Origin: a virus
DNA length: 64,000 nucleotides
Direction: 5' to 3' (one strand)
IMG/VR virus record: IMGVR_UViG_3300020438_000012
Span: 1-64,000 of that record
Shown here: piece after piece, positions 1 through 9,530 of the stretch
Position numbering within the stretch: the stretch's first letter is position 1
Layout of the letters: each line of letters starts with the position of its first letter
The notes under the pieces: generated by a model
The model's input: the letters and a program-made list of their open reading frames with translations, nothing else
The model's database searches: none
Told to the model about the DNA's origin: nothing
Program-made: the position numbers and the translations under genes

Positions 1-2
1 AT

Positions 3-1025
3 ATTATCGTTGGGAATGTTACTGGATATTCATTTACAGGCAGTTTAAACAAGTCAGGGTCTTATCTGATTGTTGGTAGCCAAAGCTTAGACAGTACCAG
101 TGTCACACAAACACTGGTCTCAACGGACTACGACGGAACTGCTGCCAAAGCAACGGAATTTTCTGGAAAATTAGCAGAACTTAGGTTTTGGTCAAAAGCA
201 CTTTCAGAAGAAGAATTAGCAGCTCATGCGCTTAACCCGGGCTCTCTTGGCGTTATAAATCCACATGTTAATTTTGATTTTGGAAAAACAGTTTCAGGGT
301 CTTTCGAGAAACTTCGTTTAGCAGCCACGATGCAGCAGCCAGTAACGACCTCAGATGCTTCTGGAAATATTTCGTTTTTTGATTATGCACAAGGAGTAGT
401 GACGGCTGATGGAACAGGCTTTGAGGCTTCTAAAAGGGTTATAGAAAAATCTAGACAAAGAACTGTGAGATTTAGTTCTAATTTTGATGTTAACTCAACT
501 GATGAAAAGATTGAAGTACAATCTTTAAACAATGCCGCCATTGCTGATCTTATCGGTGCGACTAGCATAAACGATATCGACTACTTAAGGCCAACTGAAA
601 TTGAAATTGATAACAGAATGTTAGTTGAAGTTTCAGTAGCTCAGGCTTTGGATGAAGACATTATGAATATTTTTGCTTCTTTCGAAGAACTTGAGAAAGC
701 ACTCGGCGCCGGAGAAAAACTTTTTGCCGATGACTACTCCGACCTTAGACATCTCCGCGAAATTTATTTTAACAGACTAAATGACAAAATTAACCTAGGA
801 ACGTTTTTTGACTTCTTTAGATTCTTTGACAAAACCATAGAAACGTTACTTCGAATTGTACTCCCGCAAAACTCAAATTTCCTAGGTGTCCACTTTGTTG
901 TAGAGCCTCACGTTCTTGAGCGTGGTAAAATCAAATATTATGGTGAAGACATCTATCTTTCTCCGAAAGATAAAATATTTTCCGATGTTCAGAACTTAGA
1001 AAATGTTGAAGGAGGTATTGAATAA
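3..1025 (+). CDS. 5'-truncated large virion/baseplate protein with a LamG/concanavalin-A-like motif
   Basis: The frame of ORF 330..1025 is open back to position 3 (IIVGNVTGYSFTGSLNKSG...FSGKLAELRFWSKALSEEEL), so the gene starts before the window. FxGxLxELRFWxxAL is typical of LamG-like domain C-termini. Confidence 0.6.
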   Translation: MIVGNVTGYSFTGSLNKSGSYLIVGSQSLDSTSVTQTLVSTDYDGTAAKATEFSGKLAELRFWSKALSEEELAAHALNPGSLGVINPHVNFDFGKTVSGSFEKLRLAATMQQPVTTSDASGNISFFDYAQGVVTADGTGFEASKRVIEKSRQRTVRFSSNFDVNSTDEKIEVQSLNNAAIADLIGATSINDIDYLRPTEIEIDNRMLVEVSVAQALDEDIMNIFASFEELEKALGAGEKLFADDYSDLRHLREIYFNRLNDKINLGTFFDFFRFFDKTIETLLRIVLPQNSNFLGVHFVVEPHVLERGKIKYYGEDIYLSPKDKIFSDVQNLENVEGGIE

Positions 1026-1909
1026 TGGCAAAAATTTCCAAAAGCATTATCGGTGATTCGTTAGGCATTCAAGGCGGGTCTGTACTTGATTTCAAGTTTT
1101 ATGGATCTAGGTCAGGACTTTTTCCGACAATTTCTTCAACGGCAGAACCAAAACTGATTGTCGGCGAATCAAAAGATTTTTCTGATTCACAAACATTCGA
1201 CGATACCGTTGGTACAACAAACATTTCTGGGTCGTCGTTTATCGGAGTAGAAAAGCGACAACTAGCACCTAATCACAAAATAGTCCCCGAGTCACCAGGG
1301 TCACCGATCAATTACGACGGATCAGTAGCTTTCAAGGACCGAGACGACTCTAGTGTTTCTGTATCATCACCAAATCTTACGGTAGATCTAAAATCCCAGT
1401 ATCATGCCGGTCTTCTTGCAAGGCAATTTAGAAACAGCGGTAATGCCGTTGTTTTGACATCACTACCGCAACAAGATATTGTTTACTCGGGGTCCAAGGG
1501 ATCCTCAACTTCAATGCTTGGAACTTTTTTTGGTGCAGCTGAAAGTCATTTTACCGGCGAGACACTTATAACCGATATCTTTGACACGAATGCTGCAGCA
1601 TGCAGAGGTTTTATTGACGGCACAACGTCAAACCTAGGAATGACGAACTTAACAACAGGATCTTTCTTCACAGAAGATATTAGCAATACACCATTTACTG
1701 ACCAGACTGACAAAGAAGTTCTTTTTAAAAAGTTTACCGATACGGAAATTAAGAATACGCTTCCATCATCTGTCAGTGGTTCAGTTTTTTCTAATGAACT
1801 TCTCCCTGGTGAAAGATTTGCAACTGGCGGATTTACATATGAACCGACATCTTTTGGACCAGATACGCATGGAACCGACTCAGTCGCATACGGGGGCTTG
1901 TTAAAGTAA
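1025..1909 (+). CDS. hypothetical virion structural protein
   Basis: 294 aa, S/T/G-rich, coupled by TAATG overlaps to both neighbours in the structural operon. Confidence 0.5.
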   Translation: MAKISKSIIGDSLGIQGGSVLDFKFYGSRSGLFPTISSTAEPKLIVGESKDFSDSQTFDDTVGTTNISGSSFIGVEKRQLAPNHKIVPESPGSPINYDGSVAFKDRDDSSVSVSSPNLTVDLKSQYHAGLLARQFRNSGNAVVLTSLPQQDIVYSGSKGSSTSMLGTFFGAAESHFTGETLITDIFDTNAAACRGFIDGTTSNLGMTNLTTGSFFTEDISNTPFTDQTDKEVLFKKFTDTEIKNTLPSSVSGSVFSNELLPGERFATGGFTYEPTSFGPDTHGTDSVAYGGLLK

Positions 1910-4362
1910 TGGCTGTTATAAGCGGATCAGTAACGAAGTCCGGGATTGTTTCACTTCCTGGCAAGGTATTAAGAGCAAGGTTTGATCAAAATGTTCAAGC
2001 AACTCCGGCAATAACTAGAACAGGCGATCAAGACTATTCAACTGAGTTCGTTACCCCTTTTGATGATACCGATTCTCTTGTGTTTACATCACAGGCCGTT
2101 GTAGCAGGTACCGGCTTACCAGTGGGTAATTCTTTGATCGAAAGGCTTGTCGCCACACCAAACACCGCCCCAACACTTCAGGTAGCGCAGCCGGTTGAGG
2201 TCAGTGTTCTCGACAACCAATCAATGTACCTTAATCCTGACATTCAGGCTTTTAAAGGATTCAATGATTCAAGGGTTTACGTTGAGGCTGGGGTCAGTGG
2301 GTCATCTTTCTATGCAACAGGAACAAATACCGGAATTCTTCCCGGTTTTGAATCACCGCTTTCTTCAAAGGTACAGATTGTAATTGACTTGCCAAACTCC
2401 GAAGATAGGGTTCTAGGCAGAAATACTGCTACAACATCAGATGCCGCTGATTCTGGTGGCTTTTTTGCAGGCCAAAATCTTACAGGCTTTGTATACTACA
2501 ACTTTTCCCTAAATAGATGGGAACAAATAGGCTTAACAGATCCAGCAACAGGAAATGCAATTCACTACGATTACGCTGTTGCACTAAAAGACTACGGGTC
2601 ATCAGCTGCAACCAGCGTTTATTTAATCGATAGTGGGACAAACAATTTTCCTATGCAATTTAAGCCTCCGCTAGCTCGTTCTACCGGTCCATCGATTACA
2701 AATTCAGCAACTAACAGTAATCAAAAAACTGGTTGTCCGACAATTTCTTCTATGGCACCTTTCAAGACAACGTATCACGCAACGTCTAGTCAGGCAATAA
2801 GCTTAAAAAATACGATTAGTCATCCCTTTCTTTTGGAAAAGGCAGTTCTTGAGTTTCCTTTTACGGCAAGAAAAAAATACGACGATGCAGACACTAGGGC
2901 ATGGGTTCAAGACAATTATACATTTTTTATGTATCGACAGGTAGCAGCTAGGGATTCAAACCGATCAATCAATACTGCCGAAATTGTTTCAGGTTCTACA
3001 AGATTCATTGTATGTAGTGCATCACTCTGTATATTCAACTCATCTGGTGAAAATGCTGATGGAACATTCACAGGATTTTCCCCTACACATACACCGGCTC
3101 AAACCTTTGACTTAGGGATTGATGCAACCTCTACTTTAAACACGCTGGTAGAAGTTACAGGAACAATGAGGCTACAAATTGTTCCGGCAATTACACCAGC
3201 TCAGGATTTAGGGTTTTCATCTTTTCCATGCGCCGGCGAAATACACGGTCTTCAGCAAGCTGTTGTAAACCATACATGGCCTGGTGGCTCAACTTCCTCG
3301 CCATTTTTTGAGCTAGCATCTGGATACACGGGTAAGAACGGTGTTTCTGCCAGTTATGCAATTACAGCATCTGCAGGACATACATTCAACCCTAGGACTT
3401 TCGAACAATTTCCAGAAAGCAGAAATTTATCAACATTTTTTGGTAATTTGCCAATACAAACTTTTGATCCACGGCCTGTAAATACGCTCGGCGGTGTTAA
3501 CTCAGCTTTTGAGGCAGGATCAGATGCACTATCGCAGACTGTTGCCGGCTCAAACTCGGTCACCAGCCCTTATCTGCTACTTCCAGATGATGAGTTGGTT
3601 TTTGGCTTTGACGCAGGGATAGGTCAGCCTTTAAGACAGGCTGCTGATGTTCCTCAAATACTGACATCATCTTTTGCAACTTTGAAAGCTGGGTCTGGAA
3701 AATTAACACTTTTTGGAAGTCTTCTTCAAGACAGTAAAGAATATTTTCCAACCACAAACCAACCACTTACGACTGTGGAAATACAGGAAACGCTACACTA
3801 CGATAACCCTGTTTTAGATCAGTTCGACGTAAGTCGGTTTGAAATGTTTTCGGGATCGAACCAAGAAGAAACTATTGGCGGAGGCTACGGCATTGCCGCA
3901 TGGGATAATCAGTTCTCGGCCGGCGTCTCCGGAGATCGTAGGGTCATCGGAACAAGAAGCAGAGGAACTTTAGGAACGACCGGTTCACTTCAGCGATTCG
4001 ATCGCATACCTTCTGAAAACGAAACATTCGTTGATGATAGCAAAAAGAACTCTGCGGTATTTAGATACAACCACTTCGGCCACGTCCGCGATATGATCGA
4101 GCCGGCTTTAGATGGCGCTTTCCAAGGTGACACTAAACAAAAGAACGCAGGCTTGGTTTCCCCGCCGATCTTTGTAAAGTTCATGAGAGACGGTACGCAA
4201 ACGGATCCCACGGACACCTTTTCTCAAAACCTTAGTACGTTTGCAACTAGTTCTTTAGTATATGTTGATAACCCGGCTTCGACTCTAGAAAATCCGCTAC
4301 CCGGCCAGGATCGTCCAGATAACCCGGACAAAACAATCAACGAAGAGTTGGAGATTGACTGA
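1909..4362 (+). CDS. hypothetical virion structural (baseplate-region) protein
   Basis: 817 aa, S/T/G/F-rich beta-type composition, stop/start overlaps on both sides. Confidence 0.5.
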   Translation: MAVISGSVTKSGIVSLPGKVLRARFDQNVQATPAITRTGDQDYSTEFVTPFDDTDSLVFTSQAVVAGTGLPVGNSLIERLVATPNTAPTLQVAQPVEVSVLDNQSMYLNPDIQAFKGFNDSRVYVEAGVSGSSFYATGTNTGILPGFESPLSSKVQIVIDLPNSEDRVLGRNTATTSDAADSGGFFAGQNLTGFVYYNFSLNRWEQIGLTDPATGNAIHYDYAVALKDYGSSAATSVYLIDSGTNNFPMQFKPPLARSTGPSITNSATNSNQKTGCPTISSMAPFKTTYHATSSQAISLKNTISHPFLLEKAVLEFPFTARKKYDDADTRAWVQDNYTFFMYRQVAARDSNRSINTAEIVSGSTRFIVCSASLCIFNSSGENADGTFTGFSPTHTPAQTFDLGIDATSTLNTLVEVTGTMRLQIVPAITPAQDLGFSSFPCAGEIHGLQQAVVNHTWPGGSTSSPFFELASGYTGKNGVSASYAITASAGHTFNPRTFEQFPESRNLSTFFGNLPIQTFDPRPVNTLGGVNSAFEAGSDALSQTVAGSNSVTSPYLLLPDDELVFGFDAGIGQPLRQAADVPQILTSSFATLKAGSGKLTLFGSLLQDSKEYFPTTNQPLTTVEIQETLHYDNPVLDQFDVSRFEMFSGSNQEETIGGGYGIAAWDNQFSAGVSGDRRVIGTRSRGTLGTTGSLQRFDRIPSENETFVDDSKKNSAVFRYNHFGHVRDMIEPALDGAFQGDTKQKNAGLVSPPIFVKFMRDGTQTDPTDTFSQNLSTFATSSLVYVDNPASTLENPLPGQDRPDNPDKTINEELEID

Positions 4363-7307
4363 TGGCTTTAAAGCTTAAAAGGGAAGTCGTAGTTAGGTCA
4401 AAGTTTCTAACAAGAAAAAATTCGCTGACTAACGAAATTATCTCCGTGATTGCGCCGAACGGATTGCAGGTGGGCCTCTCAGGGTCCAACAGCGTCTCTG
4501 CAGAATTTAACTCTTATGGTACGTCAAAGTTTTATGAAGGGCTCTCAGGGAGTCTAACACAGCTTACTGACGGCACGTCCTACCTTGTTGCAGGCTCGAA
4601 CATAACAGTTGCTTCGGCTTCAAATGGTTCTGTTACTATTTCTTCAACTGGGGGAGGAAGTGGTTCGCCGGGGGGAAGTGACACACATGTTCAATTTAAC
4701 GACGGCGGTTCTTTCGGCGGTGATGCAGGTTTTACTTACAACAAAACGACAGACACGGTTTCCGTAGCTGGTGCGGTGACTGCTAGTTTAGGCTTGTCTG
4801 GTTCCTTAACACGGCTAGTCGACGGCACGTCTTACCTTGTCGCCGGCTCAAACATGACAGTCACGTCAGCGTCGAACGGTCAGGTTACATTGGCTGCAGC
4901 ATCCGGCGGTAGCACGTCACCAGGCGGTTTAGATACGCAGATTCAGTACAACGATGGTGGCTCATTCGGTGGCGTAGCTTCAATGACCTTTGACGATTCA
5001 TCTGGTCACCTTACAATTATCGACGATAAGAAACTACAGTTCGGAACAGGCAACGACGCATCGATTGAATATGACGAGGACGGCAACGACGTATTGCTAA
5101 TCAATGGAGCGGCAACCAAGTTTACTGTTGCAGGAGTTGAGATTGAAAATGCATCAGGCTCGGGTGCATCAGCTCTGACCATTGATAATGACGATACAGA
5201 CCGGTTTGCTCTTGATATCGACGCAGCAAACATTAACCAAGACGTAATTAATGTTGCAGCCGACGCTCTAACCACAGCCTTTGTTATGGACGTTACGGCA
5301 GATGCTCTCACAACAGGGGGCATCCTAAACCTTGTTTCTGACTCATCGGACACATCAGCCAGAAACCTTGTCACCGTTCACAACGACAACACTAATTCGG
5401 TTCTGACCAACCTAGCTCTTTTTAAGAATGATTCTGCTGGCACGGTTAACTCTACTGCACTGGTTACCATTGAATCAACTGTTGGTGAACGAAACCCTTA
5501 TTTACTGCTAAAGCAAAGCAGTGCTGATACAAATCGACCACCTACCCTTCAGTTTAAGAGGGCTGACACCACGGCAGAGGCTGATGACATGTCAATAGGC
5601 GAAATGTCTTGGCATGCTGCGGACGATGGCAATAATGACACCCGATATATAGCAATACAGGGAAAAGCGTCTGACGTCACGGGTGGCTCTGAAAGCGGTA
5701 AATTAGAATTTGATTTAATGAATGGGGGCTCTGGTAACGTAGAGTTTCTTTCCCTTGGTGGAGCAGACGCTAATGCCGGAGATAACGCGGCAGTGGTTAT
5801 TAATGACTCCGGTGCAAACATTGACTTCCGTGTTGAATCAGACAATCATGACCATTTCCTAGCCATTGACGCTTCAGCAAATAAGATGATTATTGGCTAT
5901 TCTGGCGCTATGCCCGCCACTACTTCATTGCTTGAAATACATAATGACGATGCAGACGAAACCCTAACAATAACCCACTCTGTGCAGGCTGGTCAGGCTC
6001 TTGATATTGTTGATAGTTCTGAACAAGGTGAATCAATTAAAGTAACAGCTAACAGCCTTACAACCGGCGGTATGCTAAACCTCACGTCAAATGCTAGTAG
6101 CACTAGTAATAGAACCCTTGTTACAGTCAAAAATGACAACACAGCCGCAACCGGCGTCCAAATGGTTCACTTCCTCAACGATGCAATTGGTGGCGCAGGT
6201 GATCCTATCTTATTGGTTGAGTCTACAGCAGCCGAAACCGAGGCACTTGTAGAATTAAGAAATTCTAACGCTGCAACAGATAAGCCCCCAATTCTTAAGT
6301 TCAACCGCTCAGATACCTCAGCCGAAGCCAGTGGTATGGATCTTGGTAGCATTGTTTTTCAAGGTGCAGACGACGCCAACAATGAAACAGTATATGCAAC
6401 AATATTAGTAGAAGCAAAAGACGTTAACAATGGAAATGAATCCGGCGAGGTATTTTTTAAAGCATTGTCGGACGGTACGGAATTAACTTTTCTTAGCTAC
6501 CATGGCACTGGAGGCGCAGATGGCGAAGTCGTTATTAATGAAAATAGCTCCGCTAATGTAAACTTCCGTGTTGAATCAGACGGCGAAGACAATGCTATCT
6601 TTTTGGATTCAAGCACAAATAAGCTTTCTATCAACAAAGGTGAAACAGCTTTTACAACCGAAATTCACAGCACTAACGATGTTGCAATATCGGTTGATGC
6701 TACAGGCGTTGTTTTAAACGAAGATGGACATGCCACAAATGATTTCAGGGTCGAATCTGACAACAACACTCATATGCTTCATGTTGATGCTGGTGATGAT
6801 ACAGCCTCCGCAGGAGGAATCGACGCCACAAATCACAAAGACGGGTTTGCTGTCTTTAATGATTTTCAAGGAACAGCTTTTGAAAGCAAGCTAGCTGATG
6901 GTCAATTCGGAAGTGGCGAAGTATTAAGAATATCAACAGGCACTTCCACGCTTACTTCAGGTCAAATCTATTATTTACGCACTGCTGGAAACTGGGTCGC
7001 AGCAGATGCAGACGGAACATCTGAAGCTCAATCAAACCTATTGGGCGTCGGGTTGGGCGGAAGCGAACAAACAGTAGGCGTTCTTCTAAAAGGGTTTATC
7101 AGAATACCTTCGACTGAAATTCTTAATACTCCGACAAATTGTCCCGGTTTACCGATTTATTTATCTACAACTGCTGGACATTTTGATTTTACAGCACCCT
7201 CTTCAAGTGGGGATGTTGTACGAATTGTCGGTTACGCTATTGATCAAGACAGTTCAGATGTCCTTGTATACTTTAGCCCAGATTCGACCTTCGTGGAGAT
7301 TGCATAA
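4362..7307 (+). CDS. tail fibre/spike-like protein with internal repeats
   Basis: Repeated PGGxDTxxQxNDGGSFGG and GLSGSLTxLxDGTSYLVAGSN units, three FRVESD motifs, G/S/T/D-rich. Confidence 0.7.
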   Translation: MALKLKREVVVRSKFLTRKNSLTNEIISVIAPNGLQVGLSGSNSVSAEFNSYGTSKFYEGLSGSLTQLTDGTSYLVAGSNITVASASNGSVTISSTGGGSGSPGGSDTHVQFNDGGSFGGDAGFTYNKTTDTVSVAGAVTASLGLSGSLTRLVDGTSYLVAGSNMTVTSASNGQVTLAAASGGSTSPGGLDTQIQYNDGGSFGGVASMTFDDSSGHLTIIDDKKLQFGTGNDASIEYDEDGNDVLLINGAATKFTVAGVEIENASGSGASALTIDNDDTDRFALDIDAANINQDVINVAADALTTAFVMDVTADALTTGGILNLVSDSSDTSARNLVTVHNDNTNSVLTNLALFKNDSAGTVNSTALVTIESTVGERNPYLLLKQSSADTNRPPTLQFKRADTTAEADDMSIGEMSWHAADDGNNDTRYIAIQGKASDVTGGSESGKLEFDLMNGGSGNVEFLSLGGADANAGDNAAVVINDSGANIDFRVESDNHDHFLAIDASANKMIIGYSGAMPATTSLLEIHNDDADETLTITHSVQAGQALDIVDSSEQGESIKVTANSLTTGGMLNLTSNASSTSNRTLVTVKNDNTAATGVQMVHFLNDAIGGAGDPILLVESTAAETEALVELRNSNAATDKPPILKFNRSDTSAEASGMDLGSIVFQGADDANNETVYATILVEAKDVNNGNESGEVFFKALSDGTELTFLSYHGTGGADGEVVINENSSANVNFRVESDGEDNAIFLDSSTNKLSINKGETAFTTEIHSTNDVAISVDATGVVLNEDGHATNDFRVESDNNTHMLHVDAGDDTASAGGIDATNHKDGFAVFNDFQGTAFESKLADGQFGSGEVLRISTGTSTLTSGQIYYLRTAGNWVAADADGTSEAQSNLLGVGLGGSEQTVGVLLKGFIRIPSTEILNTPTNCPGLPIYLSTTAGHFDFTAPSSSGDVVRIVGYAIDQDSSDVLVYFSPDSTFVEIA
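4539..4990 (+). repeat. tandem duplicated module (period ~84 aa) in the fibre gene
   Basis: GLSGSLTQLTDGTSYLVAGSNITVASASNGSVT...PGGSDTHVQFNDGGSFGG versus GLSGSLTRLVDGTSYLVAGSNMTVTSASNGQVT...PGGLDTQIQYNDGGSFGG. Confidence 0.85.
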
Positions 7308-7921
7308 TGGGATACAAAGAAGCAACACTAACTTTTCATGAAGACAAAATTACATATGTCGGACTTCCAATGGAAGGTATGGATCCAGAATTAGAAGAGA
7401 CGCTTCCCGAACAAGAGCTAGAAGTCATGATGAGTTGGGAGACACCCATCATGCAAAAAGCGGCTGCTTTTGTGTGTGAAAATGGCGGTGACATTCTGGA
7501 AATCGGGTTTGGCATGGGCATTGCTTCTAATGCGATTCAGTCTCATGACCTCGCATCTCATACGATCATAGAGATGCACCCTCAGATAGCTCAAAAAGCA
7601 AGAGAGTGGGCTGCGGGAAAATCCAATATCACGGTTATCGAAGGAGATTGGGTTAATGAAGTGCCCCTTTTAGGTAAATATGCCGGCATATTCTATGACA
7701 CATACGGCTTTTTTGGACATTGGGGCAAGCTTGCAGAGCTTATTGTGCCGCATGCAAATACGGGGTGTCACATAACATTTTGGAATGCTGCTAAAAGTGA
7801 GACAAACGGTTGCGGATTTGATAATTCATACAATATTGTTTACGAGCAAATGCATGTCTCGCCACCTCAAAACACGTATTTCAATGATCATGTATATTAT
7901 TTTCCTAAAGTTGTTATCTAA
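7307..7921 (+). CDS. class I SAM-dependent methyltransferase, guanidinoacetate N-methyltransferase (GAMT)/Rmt2-like
   Basis: VMMSWETPIM, motif I DILEIGFGMGI, HTIIEMHP, GDW and GIFYDTY match the GAMT/Rmt2 pattern (VMxxWETPxM...LExGFGMxI...HxIIE...DGIxYDTY). Confidence 0.8.
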   Translation: MGYKEATLTFHEDKITYVGLPMEGMDPELEETLPEQELEVMMSWETPIMQKAAAFVCENGGDILEIGFGMGIASNAIQSHDLASHTIIEMHPQIAQKAREWAAGKSNITVIEGDWVNEVPLLGKYAGIFYDTYGFFGHWGKLAELIVPHANTGCHITFWNAAKSETNGCGFDNSYNIVYEQMHVSPPQNTYFNDHVYYFPKVVI

Positions 7922-8652
7922 TGCCTACGATTTATGGTGCAACAACAGATGGTAATGTAGGCAAGGGCGCAACTGGAGGACCAAGTTGGTCTGATGTTCG
8001 GGATGCTGGTACAGGAAGTATTATTCGTGCAACTTCCACTCGCAGGTCTACGGCTGTATTGGTTGCTGCCTCAACCTCACGAGGCGGTAACTACACCGTA
8101 TATCGTTCGTACTATGCATTTGATACAAGCAGTATCACCGCAAACGTTGCATCAGCTACAATAAACATTTTTGGCTATTTTCTATTTACACTAGCGGACG
8201 GTCTAATAGCTGTCAAGGCAACAAAACCTGACTTATCAACAAATCTTGCTGCAGCAGACTATGATGCAATTGATGGATTTGTCGCAGGTGCCTCAATGTC
8301 TGGAAATGCCACAGACTACACAGCGAAAGTTACTTCGTGGAACACTAGCGCCTATAATAGTATAACCTTAACTTCGGACGCCCTTGCAGACTTAAAAAAC
8401 CAAAGTGTTTTTTCTGTTGCTTTTGTCGACCACGCTTATGACTACCTAAACGTAGATCCGGGGACGTCTTTAGGAACAAAACGTGCCGGTATGTATTATG
8501 CCGAATATACAGGTACATCTAGAGATCCTTTTATCGATTATACTTTGGCAGCAGGCGGCTACGGAAACAATGTTAATGGAGTTGCTTCGGCAAACATCGG
8601 TAGTGTCATAGGCGTGGCAACAGCTAACATTGACAAAATCAATGGTGTCTGA
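7921..8652 (+). CDS. virion structural/fibre-associated protein
   Basis: 243 aa, T/S/A/G-rich; RSYYAFDTSSI...ATINIFG segment; C-terminal short repeats (VNGVASANI/VIGVATANI). Confidence 0.55.
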   Translation: MPTIYGATTDGNVGKGATGGPSWSDVRDAGTGSIIRATSTRRSTAVLVAASTSRGGNYTVYRSYYAFDTSSITANVASATINIFGYFLFTLADGLIAVKATKPDLSTNLAAADYDAIDGFVAGASMSGNATDYTAKVTSWNTSAYNSITLTSDALADLKNQSVFSVAFVDHAYDYLNVDPGTSLGTKRAGMYYAEYTGTSRDPFIDYTLAAGGYGNNVNGVASANIGSVIGVATANIDKINGV

Positions 8653-8678
8653 CGTTTACTGAGCACTAAACATGCGAG

Positions 8679-8685
8679 ATACTTA
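8679..8685 (+). promoter_or_regulatory. ATACTTA candidate late promoter
   Basis: Intergenic, 5 nt before ATG 8691; the same heptamer recurs upstream of several structural genes. Confidence 0.55.
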
Positions 8686-8690
8686 ATACT

Positions 8691-9530
8691 ATGGCTGGAA
8701 TATTAAATCAAAACTCGAGAATCCTAGATTTCATTCTCACGACTGCAGGCCGCCGCCGGCTAGCAGAAGACGGAAACTTAGATATTTCTTTTGCATCGTT
8801 TTCTGACAAGGGAGCGTATTACACAAAGTTGTCTAAGACCGGTTCGGTTGCAGATGATGGTTCTCGAAGGTTATACGTCGAAGCAAATTCTCCAACATCA
8901 GACAACTTATACTTTGTCAGCGGATCCGAATCTGCAGCCGCAAGGGTTGAAATATCAGCGGACCAAATGTCCAGTCACTTCTTTACAAACTTTACAAACC
9001 TAAGTGTTCTTACCACGAAGCCAGTTGATGCAATTCAGGATTTTAAGTTTGATAGCACAGGGTTTAATATTGAGTTTGTTCCGGAACAACTTGACGTAGA
9101 ATCAGGCGTCACTTTAGATGTTTCAAACATGAGTGCCGTGTTTCAGGACAAGAGATTTCAGCATTTCGACAACTACAAGTTCCTTCCTCCTATCAATGGT
9201 GATGACGGAAGCCCGCTGGCAGATTATCAAAAACTAAACTCTGAAGAAATTGTAACGCCACAAGCTCTTGAAGATGAGCTAGCCGGGAAAAAAAAGTTTG
9301 TAATAAATTTTGAAGGTGACGCAACCCCGAGAAATATCAGATTTAGAATTTTAGAAAATCAAGTATCCGCAACTGGCAATGCTTGTGAACCCTTACAGAT
9401 TATTGACTACGGTTCCTACACGCTTCGTGATGGACTTAAGAAAAAAGTTTTCTTTGTTGGAAGGGTGTACGAAACAACTGAAGCGATTCCCGTGTTTGCA
9501 AACATGTTTACGTTGGTGTTCAATGATTAG
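8691..9530 (+). CDS. baseplate/tail-collar-type structural protein (N-terminal paralog of 18920..19639)
   Basis: ILDFILTTAGRRRLAEDGNLDISFASFSD resembles IIDAVLTDLGRATLSRNDGTFSIARYSFGD. Confidence 0.55.
   Translation: MAGILNQNSRILDFILTTAGRRRLAEDGNLDISFASFSDKGAYYTKLSKTGSVADDGSRRLYVEANSPTSDNLYFVSGSESAAARVEISADQMSSHFFTNFTNLSVLTTKPVDAIQDFKFDSTGFNIEFVPEQLDVESGVTLDVSNMSAVFQDKRFQHFDNYKFLPPINGDDGSPLADYQKLNSEEIVTPQALEDELAGKKKFVINFEGDATPRNIRFRILENQVSATGNACEPLQIIDYGSYTLRDGLKKKVFFVGRVYETTEAIPVFANMFTLVFND

Noticed and set aside
1025-1055. MAKISKSII start as another leader copy
   Set aside because: It lacks the QL..II.E core and following Glu residues; probably coincidental.
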